Of a stretch of 64,000 nt of DNA, positions 39,923-50,150 are shown in pieces. Source of the DNA: a virus; the IMG/VR virus record IMGVR_UViG_3300021371_000013, positions 6,712 through 70,711 of that record; one strand, written 5' to 3'. The position numbers were made by a program, and so were the translations under genes. The notes beneath the pieces were generated by a model. The model was not told the DNA's origin and ran no database searches. It saw only the letters and a program-made list of their open reading frames with translations. The number at the start of each line of letters is the position of its first letter. Positions within the stretch are counted from its first letter, which is position 1.

Positions 39923-40909
39923 TTATGTCACACCATGCAATTTCATCAAATCTTCCATATTTAATGTTCCACCTTTTTTCTTTGCTTCTTCATGTAAATC
40001 AACTCCACCCTTTGGTTTTTTGATTCCCAATTGTTCATAATCTTCGCGTTTTGCGCCAACGATTGTACCACCATCTCCTTGAGAAAGTTTGTCTTTTACT
40101 TTGTCACGCTCTTCTTTTGAACTGCTACCAAATTCCAGCAATTTCGCGGGATCTTTTCTTATGTTCTCAGGTATATTTTCATTTGAGTCAAATATATTTT
40201 TAAACACTCTAGTATATACGATCAATCTTATTTGATTGTATGTCAATTCGCAAAATGGTTTTCCATAAAATTGTAGACTATCTTCTGCAAAGCTGAGATA
40301 TGGATTGTAAAAATCTTCTAGTATTGTATATTGTATATTTTCTTCGCTGAAACTTTGAAAGATGTCGTTGTATGTAAAGATTATTTTTTTTATGTCGTAA
40401 TTTTCAAGCTCATCAAACACCTCTTCGCTGAACAATTCTGTTTTCATTTCGGCATCTTTAAAGAAACTCTTGATCATATAAAAATCATTGAGTCGATCTT
40501 TTGCGTACTTTTCACATGTGTTGCCAACAAGTTGTATTTTTTGTGTTTGTTTTTCGAGCAGCAATTTTTCTTCTTTTTCAATCACACTTTTTTGTCGATC
40601 AACATCTTTTTTGAGCACAAGCTTGGTTAATGCTTTTTTTAAATTCTCAAGATAAAGCGTCTTCTCGGTGATCACACGTTCGTCTTCATCAAGCCATTGA
40701 CCTTCCCCCTTCAGAAACTCAAGCATGTCCGCCTCGGTGGGCACACCACGCTTCAATGCCTCATTGTGATAACGCTCTTCAATTTCCTCAAGCTCCACTT
40801 GATCATGTGGAGTGAGATGTTTTATATATACAAGCTTGTCGTTGAAAAGCGTGCTAGAGTAGCCGCGAACAACGTCCCTAAAGATTCTTCTGCGCTTTGT
40901 CGATTCCAC
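39923..40909 (-). CDS. putative tail assembly chaperone
   Basis: Helical protein immediately upstream of the TMP. Confidence 0.55.
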   Translation of the reverse strand: MESTKRRRIFRDVVRGYSSTLFNDKLVYIKHLTPHDQVELEEIEERYHNEALKRGVPTEADMLEFLKGEGQWLDEDERVITEKTLYLENLKKALTKLVLKKDVDRQKSVIEKEEKLLLEKQTQKIQLVGNTCEKYAKDRLNDFYMIKSFFKDAEMKTELFSEEVFDELENYDIKKIIFTYNDIFQSFSEENIQYTILEDFYNPYLSFAEDSLQFYGKPFCELTYNQIRLIVYTRVFKNIFDSNENIPENIRKDPAKLLEFGSSSKEERDKVKDKLSQGDGGTIVGAKREDYEQLGIKKPKGGVDLHEEAKKKGGTLNMEDLMKLHGVT

Positions 40910-40912
40910 GCA

Positions 40913-41740
40913 TTATATGTTTCCTTCTTCGATGTCGTTGTCAAGCTTTTCAAAATCAGCTTTACCTACCGCACCGCTACTATAATACCAAAAGCTATAA
41001 AGCGCCGCAATCTTTCCGCCCACAATGTCATACAATTCATCTCCCTCTTCTTCCATTTCATAGTAGGTTTGTAATTTTTGTTCAAAGTCACGCCCTGCAA
41101 ACAATGCGGTCATATCATCTTCATCTGATTTTTGTAAAAATGTAAGATTCAATATGTACCATTGTATAACTTTATTTTCTGCTCTAACATCAGCAGTATG
41201 ATTGAATAAATTAGAATATGATGTTTCAACATTAACAATATCTTTTCGCAGAGTAGCAATTTCTCCCGCGATGTCTTTCATGCGTTGAGTATCTTCATCA
41301 TTTAAAGTGGACGATTTAATTCCAAGCTTTTCACTTTCTTGAGACAGTTCGCCGTACTTAACATACATACTTGTTAATGCTTTTGCATCTTCCTCGGCAA
41401 GCAGTCCACCTGTGTCGCTGTATTTTTTTGCAAGCATTGCTTTTGTGAGCACGCCTTTTTTAATACAATTACTCATTTCAACACTAAACTCCAGCTCGGC
41501 TTCTTCAATCTGGCGGCGCGTGGGTTGCTTCATTACAATGCGATACGGCACCTTGTCGGTCACTTCTTTAGTCACAGACACCTCTTCGGTCTCGCCTGTT
41601 TCGGGATTCTGTACGCTGCTTGTTTCGGTGCGTTTTACTTTCTCCTCTTTTTCAAACGTAAAACTATAAATTTCACGTAATTTCTTTCGAGTATCATCCA
41701 TTGTAGGAAGCGTTTTTTCTTGTGTTGCTGATTCTGACAT
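40913..41740 (-). CDS. putative tail assembly chaperone
   Basis: Position; KQPTRRQIEEAE motif parallels KHLTPHDQVELE of the neighbour. Confidence 0.55.
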   Translation of the reverse strand: MSESATQEKTLPTMDDTRKKLREIYSFTFEKEEKVKRTETSSVQNPETGETEEVSVTKEVTDKVPYRIVMKQPTRRQIEEAELEFSVEMSNCIKKGVLTKAMLAKKYSDTGGLLAEEDAKALTSMYVKYGELSQESEKLGIKSSTLNDEDTQRMKDIAGEIATLRKDIVNVETSYSNLFNHTADVRAENKVIQWYILNLTFLQKSDEDDMTALFAGRDFEQKLQTYYEMEEEGDELYDIVGGKIAALYSFWYYSSGAVGKADFEKLDNDIEEGNI

Positions 41741-41742
41741 GA

Positions 41743-42030
41743 TTATTTAAATGTAAATGCTATAGTATAATTATCTAAATCACCTTGAATATTTCTAATT
41801 GTTTCGTTGCCAATATCCAAAGTTCTTTTGCGAAGATGTTGAAGTTTTTCTTCATCAAAGTAATCGGCCTGATCAACAATAGGGACACAACCCTCTGGTA
41901 GATTATTTCTTAATTTACTGAAATTAATCTCATGCTCTTTATGTAAGTCCTCAAGCATTACGAGGAAACCCTTAAAAAGGGAAACCGTATTCCTGTGACA
42001 ACATTTTCTAAAAATGTCTTCTGCGTTCAT
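41743..42030 (-). CDS. hypothetical protein
   Basis: ORF with GTGTA promoter and AAGG leader. Confidence 0.7.
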   Translation of the reverse strand: MNAEDIFRKCCHRNTVSLFKGFLVMLEDLHKEHEINFSKLRNNLPEGCVPIVDQADYFDEEKLQHLRKRTLDIGNETIRNIQGDLDNYTIAFTFK

Positions 42031-42088
42031 TAAACCTTATACCTTGAAATGAAGTACACAAAAAAAATTCTTTAGTGTAAAACAATTT
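42031..42088. promoter_or_regulatory. divergent pair of GTGTA late-type promoters
   Basis: TACAC 42055-42059 (minus, N9 then AAGGTATAAGGTTTA-ATG) and GTGTA 42075-42079-N9-ATG (plus). Confidence 0.7.
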
Positions 42089-42568
42089 ATGGCAGAATTC
42101 CTATCACCTTCTGAACGAGCGAGCATTGCAGCCAACCTACTTGATCTTCACGACACATTCGGAAGAGAGATCGTTGTATATAAAGAAGCACAAAAAGTTG
42201 TAATCAGTACCGATCCAGGATTCAATAAACTATATGGAAATGCGGGAAAAAACACACCAAGCGTAGAAAATGTACCTGTTCGCAAGGTTTTCAAAGCGCG
42301 CGTCCGATATGACACCGATCGCAGTCTTGAATATTTTGGAGAAACAGATGCTCAAGTGAAAGTAAATCGACCAGATCCAAATAGCACAGTACGCATCAAA
42401 TTAAAAGTAGAAGATTACGAGTATATAAAAGAAGCCAAGCGCGTTGAACTTGATGGTAGAATGTTTCATGTTGAATCGGATCCGCGACCACACGGATTGT
42501 TTGATGTAATACAATTCACAACTCTATTTTTGAGACCCATCGAAGCAAATGGCCAATCCACTAAATAG
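42089..42568 (+). CDS. putative head closure/neck protein
   Basis: Beta-barrel pattern (VELDGRMFHVESD); first of the neck-tail gene run. Confidence 0.5.
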   Translation: MAEFLSPSERASIAANLLDLHDTFGREIVVYKEAQKVVISTDPGFNKLYGNAGKNTPSVENVPVRKVFKARVRYDTDRSLEYFGETDAQVKVNRPDPNSTVRIKLKVEDYEYIKEAKRVELDGRMFHVESDPRPHGLFDVIQFTTLFLRPIEANGQSTK

Positions 42569-43172
42569 ATCAATCAAAACAACTATTGCTCGACAGCTCA
42601 GCAAAGATAAAGAATTACAACTAAAAGTAAGATTGTTGATCGAAAAGCAATTTCGCGTTGCAAAACAAAAAATGATGAGTGAATTTGAAGGTCACGCAGT
42701 AACCAGAGAGTTGAGGTCAGGACCAGGAAGTTCTAATATAAGTGGAACATTACCCGAAGGAAATCTTTTTGGATTTATTGGTTTTGAAGGTGGTGCAGAT
42801 CCTGTGAGTGCAATCGAAAAAATGCTAGCAAAAACAGATATTATAATACGTCGCCGCAAAATGGGTACATTTGGATTTGTGTGGACTTATATGGTTACCT
42901 CTCCATCAATGCAAGACTTGTATGCTGCAACTCCACTACCATGGGCCAGTGGATCAAGTTGGTTGCGCGAGCTTGAGGGTCGCGGCATTCCCAATCTAGG
43001 ACAATACATGCACAAACGAATCAACTCTAGCCGAAGTGGTGCTGGTTTTCAAAATCGCAATCGACCAGAGGGAGGACGTGTACAAATACCATACATAAAA
43101 CAATTATTACAACAATTCGAAACAAACTTAAACTCAATACAAGCATCAAGAGTATCAAGTAAATATTTTTAA
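42549..43172 (+). CDS. putative neck/tail completion protein
   Basis: Basic protein between the closure-like and terminator-like genes (HK97 gp10-like position). Confidence 0.45.
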   Translation: MANPLNRSIKTTIARQLSKDKELQLKVRLLIEKQFRVAKQKMMSEFEGHAVTRELRSGPGSSNISGTLPEGNLFGFIGFEGGADPVSAIEKMLAKTDIIIRRRKMGTFGFVWTYMVTSPSMQDLYAATPLPWASGSSWLRELEGRGIPNLGQYMHKRINSSRSGAGFQNRNRPEGGRVQIPYIKQLLQQFETNLNSIQASRVSSKYF

Positions 43173-43174
43173 AA

Positions 43175-44023
43175 ATGAAACCGCAATTCCAACATGAATT
43201 AACAACAAGCTTTATGCTTTGGGCTGACAATTTTATAACAGACAAGGCGGATGCTTTTCAAAACTATACATCACCACTTTATCCAATGGGTACAGACGAT
43301 CAACTTGGAGCTGGATTTGTAACTTACAGCAGTCCTCACAAGCAATGGGTATTTGATGAAAGTATTGACGATGTGCAGGTTCCAAGTGGAATATACAACA
43401 ATGGCACATTTATGGAGCGTGGAGATGATGGACTGATCATTGATTTTGATGATGGCCGAGTGATACTTGATGCATCTTTTGGAGATAGCAATACCAATCT
43501 TAGCGGTTCATATTCTGTGAAAGAATTCAATTGGTACATCACAAACCAAACCGAAGAGCAACTTATCGTGGAAAGTAAATTCGATTCTAATGGGAGGTTC
43601 AAGCAAGAACTCTCAGGAATTGCACCTCACAAACAAGTTGTTCCTGCAATTTTCGTAAACCCTGAATTGGTTGAGAATGAACCATTTGCGTTTGGCGGTG
43701 AGGATAAAACAAGCACCAACATTCGATGCGTAGTTTTCGCGGAAAACACCTATCAACTTGATGGGGCCATGTCGGTTTTCGCCGATTCAAAAAATGAAGT
43801 TTTTCAAAAAGTTGAGTTCTCAGACTACCCACTTACTGAATATGGAGACACCACTGGGTTTAATTATTCGACATTAATAAACAGTAAGCGTCGAGATCTT
43901 TTTCATGTGGAAGATGTGCGCTGCTCCAAGCTTAGCGACCGCGTTAGCAAAAATATTGATCCATCCCTTTTCGTGGGATTCGTTGACTTTGAAATCACAA
44001 ACTTAAGATTTCCTAGATCATAA
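43175..44023 (+). CDS. putative tail terminator protein
   Basis: PAIFV...PFAFGG...IRCVVFA; directly precedes the tube gene. Confidence 0.5.
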   Translation: MKPQFQHELTTSFMLWADNFITDKADAFQNYTSPLYPMGTDDQLGAGFVTYSSPHKQWVFDESIDDVQVPSGIYNNGTFMERGDDGLIIDFDDGRVILDASFGDSNTNLSGSYSVKEFNWYITNQTEEQLIVESKFDSNGRFKQELSGIAPHKQVVPAIFVNPELVENEPFAFGGEDKTSTNIRCVVFAENTYQLDGAMSVFADSKNEVFQKVEFSDYPLTEYGDTTGFNYSTLINSKRRDLFHVEDVRCSKLSDRVSKNIDPSLFVGFVDFEITNLRFPRS

Positions 44024-44087
44024 TTTCCCTTTAATACTTAAAAAATGTAATTAACAGCAGAAATTTAACTTCAATTTTATACATATC

Positions 44088-45356
44088 ATGGCAAATAGAG
44101 CAAGAGTAATTTATCAAAGTGAGGCGTTGTATGCTGGTACAGTAGACGCCACAGGTCACCATTTTTTAGTTAACGGAACTGGTTATAAAGATCAGGCTAC
44201 GGCAGATGCAGCAGGTACAGCCACAACAGGAATCCAACAACTTCATAGAGTACAGAGTGCAAATTATAGTTTTTCAATCAACCGTCAAGACGTCAATCAA
44301 TTTGGCCAACTTGCAAGAATTGACAGTGTTGCCATTGAGCCGCCAACAGTAACATTAGATTTCTCATACTATTTGACAAATGGATTCAATGAAGAAACAC
44401 TTGGTTTTAACATTGACGGAGGTACAGACTCAACATGGTCACAAGCTTTAAGTGACGAACTTCTCTTGGGAAAAACTGCAGATGCAGACAATCCAGGTGG
44501 AAAAAACTTCTTTATCTTAACAACCGCAGAAGGTAGTGATGCAGTAGGTTCTGATTTGTCAGCAGAAGCTGGAAAAAGTACTATTGCTCTTGGTAATGGA
44601 TTTGTTTCTAATTACTCCATTGAAGCTGCAGTTGGTGGAATGCCAACAGCAAGTGTGACAGTTGACGGATTAAATCTTAGAAGTTATACAGGTACAGCAG
44701 ATCTTGATAATCCTGCAATCAACACAACTTATGGTATACCCGTAACAGATAGTGAATTTTCTTTACCTCCAGCAGTAAGCGGTAAAAGTGATGCTGGTGC
44801 AGATGGAATCTGGGGAAATGTAGACGATACAGACGGAGACGCAGGAATTGCGTGTTTGCGCCCAGGAGATATTTCATTAAGCCTTGGTCTTGACGGAAGA
44901 GCTGGAGAGTTTGAATTGTTACCATCAAAAGATCCTATGAATGATTACGAAGGTAGTGGTTCAGCACATATTCAAAGTTTTAGTATTGATGTTCCAATCA
45001 GTCGTAGTGTAATCAATCGCCTGGGTAATCCATACGGATACGCCCGAGTAACAGATTTCCCAGTAAATATTTCTGTCTCTGTCAGCGCTATCTTATCAGA
45101 TCTTAAAGAAGGTAATGTTGCCGATCTTTTATTCAATGAAGAGCAGCATGACCTCACTTTCACAATGCGTGAGCCAAGCCCACAAGGAACAGGGGACGCA
45201 ACTCTTATATATAAAGTTAAAGGAGCTCGTCTCGAAGGAGAATCATTCAGTTCTTCTATTGGGGACAACAAGAGTGTTGATCTTACATTTACTGCTCAAC
45301 TTGGTGGACCACAAGATAAAACAAATGGTTTGTTTATCTCTGGTTCGGCAGCATAA
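44088..45356 (+). CDS. major tail tube protein (tandem tube domains)
   Basis: RVQSANYSFSINRQDVNQFG and a second copy IQSFSIDVPISRSVINRLG; followed by a strong terminator. Confidence 0.7.
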   Translation: MANRARVIYQSEALYAGTVDATGHHFLVNGTGYKDQATADAAGTATTGIQQLHRVQSANYSFSINRQDVNQFGQLARIDSVAIEPPTVTLDFSYYLTNGFNEETLGFNIDGGTDSTWSQALSDELLLGKTADADNPGGKNFFILTTAEGSDAVGSDLSAEAGKSTIALGNGFVSNYSIEAAVGGMPTASVTVDGLNLRSYTGTADLDNPAINTTYGIPVTDSEFSLPPAVSGKSDAGADGIWGNVDDTDGDAGIACLRPGDISLSLGLDGRAGEFELLPSKDPMNDYEGSGSAHIQSFSIDVPISRSVINRLGNPYGYARVTDFPVNISVSVSAILSDLKEGNVADLLFNEEQHDLTFTMREPSPQGTGDATLIYKVKGARLEGESFSSSIGDNKSVDLTFTAQLGGPQDKTNGLFISGSAA

Positions 45357-45377
45357 TTTTATAAATTACCCTCCAAG

Positions 45378-45412
45378 AGACCCTCGATTGTTAGTTCAAT
45401 CGGGGGTTTTTT
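45378..45412 (+). terminator. intrinsic terminator between convergent genes
   Basis: ACCCTCGATTG-TTAGTT-CAATCGGGGGT followed by a T run. Confidence 0.85.
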
Positions 45413-45413
45413 G

Positions 45414-46967
45414 TTATTGAAAATATAACCTCAATCCGTCTGTTCTAGTTACATCAAAAGTCATTGAACTACTAACCATCACATCTGAACCAATTGAATG
45501 AGTATAATTTTGTGATTTTAATTGTGCTCGATTTATTTCAAATACAATATTTTGCGCGACATCAAATGATGTTCTAAAATCAATAAGATCAAAATCCAAC
45601 TCCGTGATAGGGAATTTTTTCCACAAGCCTGCGTTATTAACATATACAAATGTATAGCTATATGAAATGTTTCCCGAGAAAGTTTCTGAGGTCGGAAGTA
45701 AAGGTATCTTACCCCACCTTGAATAACCATCTTTTACGTCTCCTACATTTTTACCAACAGGCAAATTTTCTCCTTCTTTCCAATATGTAATCGAATCGAT
45801 ACAAACATAATAATAATTGCCGTCATCGCTAAAATCTGTGTCCTTTGGCGAGCCATTTACGCTTCTATCAAATGAAGCCGTAGCAATTCGCCTCCAATCA
45901 TTTTTTTCTACTGCAACATAATAATAATCGCCAGCAATATATGTAGATCCTTGATCTCCTAAAATTCTTTGAGCTACAGGATGCTTGACAACAATATCAT
46001 ATGTATCTGTTTCTGTTAAAAATGAATCAACCTCATCTTGCTCATATCCGCGAAGCACCATGTCCACAGAAAGTTGCCCAATCACAGGTAATTTTAATTT
46101 TCTATTAAAAACATAATTACTACCCATCCCATAAATGTCCTGTCGGGCAATAGGAAGATCGATTGAAATATTTTGCACAGCAGCATCAACAGAATCAAGC
46201 GATGCGCCGCCCCTACCACCACTGTTTTTTGTGATTGTCAATTTTATATCACCAGGCTTTGTGGTAGAAACCTCGGGGTCGAAATGTTCATCAAACACAT
46301 AACCATGCCCTTCTCGGTCATGACCGACGTCTCTCATTTGATCGGGATTTAATACAAACTCTTCGCTCGATTCAGTGTTATTTACGCCAAGTTTAACAGC
46401 AGGTAAAGTGGGGCGATTTTCAACAGAGTATGCATCATACTTCATGTTGCTGCCTGCGTAACCCAATGTGCTTGTGGGTAATGATCCAACCGATGCACTG
46501 TATCCATAATTCATTAAAAATGCATTACCAATACCAATAACATTATAATCCTCAAAGTCTGTCTCATCATTCAAAAATACAAGATCTTTGTGGCCGTCTT
46601 CGTGCGAAGCAACGGTTATTATATTGATATCATCTGTTGAAGAATTTTGTAAAAAGTTTTTTAGCACACTACCGTCTTTACCAATATGCAAACCTGCTGC
46701 AATTTCATTTTGACCTTCTGCAAATAAATATTCTATATTACAATTAACATCTGGTGCGCGAACAATTGGACTTTGTCCATTTCGAGTTACAAGCTTATCG
46801 CTTCCAACAGCTTTAACATCCACTGCTTGATGAGAGAATCCATAATCCATACTCTGAACACGAATCAAATCAGTATATTTTGTACCGTTTTCTTTGTATG
46901 CAGGAGCATCGGTTAGTAAAATACCAAGCCTTTCGTAAGTTAAACGAGTAATTGTTCCTTGTGCCAC
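45414..46967 (-). CDS. tail tube paralog with inserted triple-repeat module
   Basis: RVQSMDYGF, IGNAFLMNYGYSASVGSLP, KPGDI align to 44088. Confidence 0.7.
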   Translation of the reverse strand: MAQGTITRLTYERLGILLTDAPAYKENGTKYTDLIRVQSMDYGFSHQAVDVKAVGSDKLVTRNGQSPIVRAPDVNCNIEYLFAEGQNEIAAGLHIGKDGSVLKNFLQNSSTDDINIITVASHEDGHKDLVFLNDETDFEDYNVIGIGNAFLMNYGYSASVGSLPTSTLGYAGSNMKYDAYSVENRPTLPAVKLGVNNTESSEEFVLNPDQMRDVGHDREGHGYVFDEHFDPEVSTTKPGDIKLTITKNSGGRGGASLDSVDAAVQNISIDLPIARQDIYGMGSNYVFNRKLKLPVIGQLSVDMVLRGYEQDEVDSFLTETDTYDIVVKHPVAQRILGDQGSTYIAGDYYYVAVEKNDWRRIATASFDRSVNGSPKDTDFSDDGNYYYVCIDSITYWKEGENLPVGKNVGDVKDGYSRWGKIPLLPTSETFSGNISYSYTFVYVNNAGLWKKFPITELDFDLIDFRTSFDVAQNIVFEINRAQLKSQNYTHSIGSDVMVSSSMTFDVTRTDGLRLYFQ

Positions 46968-46973
46968 GAATCA

Positions 46974-47004
46974 TATTACACTATTTCTACCATTTAGTGT
47001 AATA
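46974..47004. promoter_or_regulatory. divergent GTGTA promoters forming a perfect 10-bp inverted repeat
   Basis: TATTACACTA-11 nt-TAGTGTAATA; the minus copy is N9 from GTG at 46967. Confidence 0.7.
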
Positions 47005-47017
47005 AACATTGCCTGCC

Positions 47018-48412
47018 ATGCCGAATAGAAGAATATCAGAACTAGACGAAAGCGGACCGTTGTATTTTAATGATGTGCCGTTCAATAGTATTTACACAGA
47101 AAATCCATCAGAAGGATCTTCAAGTGATTGGTTTTTAATGAGCGCCAACCCAAAGGTTAGTAACAATAAAATATCTATTCCCAATTTTCAACGCTCTGTA
47201 TTAAACGATGGATTATATTTAAATGGCGCCCAAACAATTAGCGGGCACAAAACATTTAAAGACAAATGTCATATCACAAAACGTGCAAATATACATGCAA
47301 TACAAGATCTATCATCAGATGGCCCAATCAGTGGAAAAACATTTGTTGGAACAACTGGGCTGTTTGAAAATGCGGTTGCAGGAACAGGAAATAATATACC
47401 CGAAGGCTGCGATCTTACAATTTTTGAAAGCGCAATGTTTGAGGGTAAATTAAAAATAAGTAACTCTCTATCATTTCCAGGAACATTTGACGCGACAGGT
47501 GATTTTTCGGCATTAAATTTTACAGTTGTTAGTGGAGCACAAATAATTCAATCAACTTCAACCACAGGAACTTCTAGTTTCTCAGAAAACTTTGATGCGT
47601 TAGGGGATCTCAACGCAAGCGGACAAATTTCAGCAGACACATTATATGTTCACGAAAATATATTCTCACAAAACAATCAGAAAATAACATTCAACAACGA
47701 TCATATACATTTTACTAGCGGATCATCTAATGCTATCGACATCACTGATGAAAATATACAAATTAAAGACAAAATATATGTCAACAATGATAATGTTATA
47801 AATCTTTCTAGTTCAACACCTTCTGGAATATTGCATGTAGATGGAACAGGTTATGTGGAAAATATAAGCGCATTGAATGATACTACATATCGTCCGTTTT
47901 TTGGTGGCGATGATGAATCAATGATTTTTAAAACACAATTAAGAACAGGCGCGCGAGAATACACAATCGACTTGCCAAAAACATTTCACACTCAACCAAT
48001 ATTATCCACACAATTACAACACACAGGATACATCATTCCACACATCATATCAGATGTAACAACTAATGATTTTAAAATAAAATTCGCAGAAGATATAGAT
48101 GATAATGAATTTATAATTCACACCACCGCAATGTCCGCGTCAACAGGTGAATTGAGCACAAACAAACAAGGCTTTCAACGCTTCACTACTAATATAACCG
48201 CAGGTTCAGATGTATATACAATTTCATTTCCAGAAGAACACAATTTAAAACCGATGGTCAACATTAATATTGAAGCACAAAATGAGATAGTCCCGCACAC
48301 AATATCTGGTGTAAGTAAAACTGATTATACTTTAATTTTGTCTACTCCAACAACAGAAAATTATACGATACACACCATCTCTACTGAACACGAAACCCAG
48401 AGAATAAGTTAA
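47018..48412 (+). CDS. putative fibre protein
   Basis: NRRISELD, GAQTISGHKTF, beta-helix region, two C-terminal F...P.V domains; paralog of 48414. Confidence 0.6.
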   Translation: MPNRRISELDESGPLYFNDVPFNSIYTENPSEGSSSDWFLMSANPKVSNNKISIPNFQRSVLNDGLYLNGAQTISGHKTFKDKCHITKRANIHAIQDLSSDGPISGKTFVGTTGLFENAVAGTGNNIPEGCDLTIFESAMFEGKLKISNSLSFPGTFDATGDFSALNFTVVSGAQIIQSTSTTGTSSFSENFDALGDLNASGQISADTLYVHENIFSQNNQKITFNNDHIHFTSGSSNAIDITDENIQIKDKIYVNNDNVINLSSSTPSGILHVDGTGYVENISALNDTTYRPFFGGDDESMIFKTQLRTGAREYTIDLPKTFHTQPILSTQLQHTGYIIPHIISDVTTNDFKIKFAEDIDDNEFIIHTTAMSASTGELSTNKQGFQRFTTNITAGSDVYTISFPEEHNLKPMVNINIEAQNEIVPHTISGVSKTDYTLILSTPTTENYTIHTISTEHETQRIS

Positions 48413-48413
48413 C

Positions 48414-50147
48414 ATGCCTACCGACAATAGAATATCCACTCTTCCCGAGCTCAGTGTTTTATATTCTGACATTGACTTGCTTTCACCAGTCGATCCATCC
48501 GCCTCAAATGCAGATGCAGATGTACTATTTTTGATCACAAAGTCAGGTCAAAAAAATGAAAAAATAACATTCAAAAATTTAAAAAGCTCGATTCTTGGTA
48601 ATACAGTTGCGCTCACTGGAGCTCAAACAATAAGTGGAGAAAAAACATTCGCAGATATTTGCACATTTGAAGATACAGTATTTTTAAATGAAGTAGTAGA
48701 CACAACATATAGCGGAGATATTAGCGGTTATAATTTTGTGGCAGAAAGCGGATTGTTTGAAAAGCTTGGAATTGGCAGTGGTTTTGCAGACAAAACACGA
48801 GTGCCAGAATATGCACTTCATGTGGAAGGAGATGTTTGTATTGAAGGAGAATTTAATGCTCTTGGTGAAATTGAATTTGGAGGAAGCCTTGGGCTTAATG
48901 ATGTTACTGTGTCCGGAGATTTACATGTTAATGGTTCTGGAGTCTTCAACAGCGGATTACATGTCAGCGGAGGCGCTGATTTTTCTGGCTCGATAGATGT
49001 CGTTGGTACAGGTAATTTTGGCGGCGACTTAAATGTAACTGGTGATATTTCTGTAACAAATAAAATTGCACACGCTGGAGATGATGATACATACATTCAA
49101 TTTTCTGACGATCAAGTAGCAATCAAAGCTACAGGCTCGAGCGTGATTGTTGGCGAGTCGATTGAGTTTTCTGTGAGTGGAGATAAGAAGCTTGTGGTTG
49201 ACTCAGATGGTCGTTTGTTGATCAATTCCGATACAGCCCTCGGACAACTATCAATGAGCGGTTCTGCATACGTTGATGAGCTTTATATTGCAGGCCAAAA
49301 TGGAGGTTGGGACAAGTTGGTGCCCAAGGGGTACGATGAATCTGTTCATTTCTCAACCAATCTGATTGGCGGCGAAACGACATACGAAATTGACTTTCCA
49401 AAAACATTCGGAAATGCACCCGTTGTTCATGCAACTCTACAAAGCGAATCTGGAGAACCTGTTAGATTTTTCAACATTTCAAATATCACAAACAATTCAT
49501 ATTTCATTTCATTCGATCAAGCTCTTGCAAGCAACAAATATTCTATCGAAACACAAGCAACTGCAAAAGATTCGTATTCAATACATCAAACAACAACTCA
49601 ATCATTCAAAGAATATGTGATTGAAGGACAAGATAATTATACAATAACATATCCAAGTTCATTTGTTAAATCTCCAACAGTATCGGTTACTCTTGAAAGA
49701 AAAATATCGTTTAGCGTTTCCGACCCAGGAACTCCTGGCGAAACATTTATGGACAGCTGGGAATATTATATTGCAGTTGATTCAAATACATGGCGCCGCG
49801 CAACAACAGCAGAATCTATTCGCGCATCAGGTTCTGCAGGCGATACAGATTTTGATAATGATTTTTATTATGTTTGCATAGATGGTACATTATGGGGCAA
49901 GTTACCACTTGCAGCTTCTACAAAAACTGATGCAGGAAACCTTGGTGATTTCGATTATGATGATAATTATATTTACGTATTAACCTCAGAAGGTTGGAAG
50001 CAATCAGCAGTAGCAGTATGGAACTCAGAAAGTTCGGCGACAATTGTACCATACATGATATCAAATATAACAGACGCAGATTTTAAAATCAATTTCGCAT
50101 CTTCATTAACCTCCCAGTACTACGTTCACGTTATTGCTTCGAGATAA
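48414..50147 (+). CDS. putative fibre protein
   Basis: NRISTLPE, GAQTISGEKTF, V.GDL.V.G beta-helix repeats, triple YV..W repeat. Confidence 0.65.
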   Translation: MPTDNRISTLPELSVLYSDIDLLSPVDPSASNADADVLFLITKSGQKNEKITFKNLKSSILGNTVALTGAQTISGEKTFADICTFEDTVFLNEVVDTTYSGDISGYNFVAESGLFEKLGIGSGFADKTRVPEYALHVEGDVCIEGEFNALGEIEFGGSLGLNDVTVSGDLHVNGSGVFNSGLHVSGGADFSGSIDVVGTGNFGGDLNVTGDISVTNKIAHAGDDDTYIQFSDDQVAIKATGSSVIVGESIEFSVSGDKKLVVDSDGRLLINSDTALGQLSMSGSAYVDELYIAGQNGGWDKLVPKGYDESVHFSTNLIGGETTYEIDFPKTFGNAPVVHATLQSESGEPVRFFNISNITNNSYFISFDQALASNKYSIETQATAKDSYSIHQTTTQSFKEYVIEGQDNYTITYPSSFVKSPTVSVTLERKISFSVSDPGTPGETFMDSWEYYIAVDSNTWRRATTAESIRASGSAGDTDFDNDFYYVCIDGTLWGKLPLAASTKTDAGNLGDFDYDDNYIYVLTSEGWKQSAVAVWNSESSATIVPYMISNITDADFKINFASSLTSQYYVHVIASR

Positions 50148-50150
50148 ATC

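Noticed and set aside
33711-40040. Many short plus-strand ORFs opposite the TMP, and similar shadow ORFs elsewhere
   Set aside because: Antisense or alternate-frame shadows of long genes with no motifs or initiation signals
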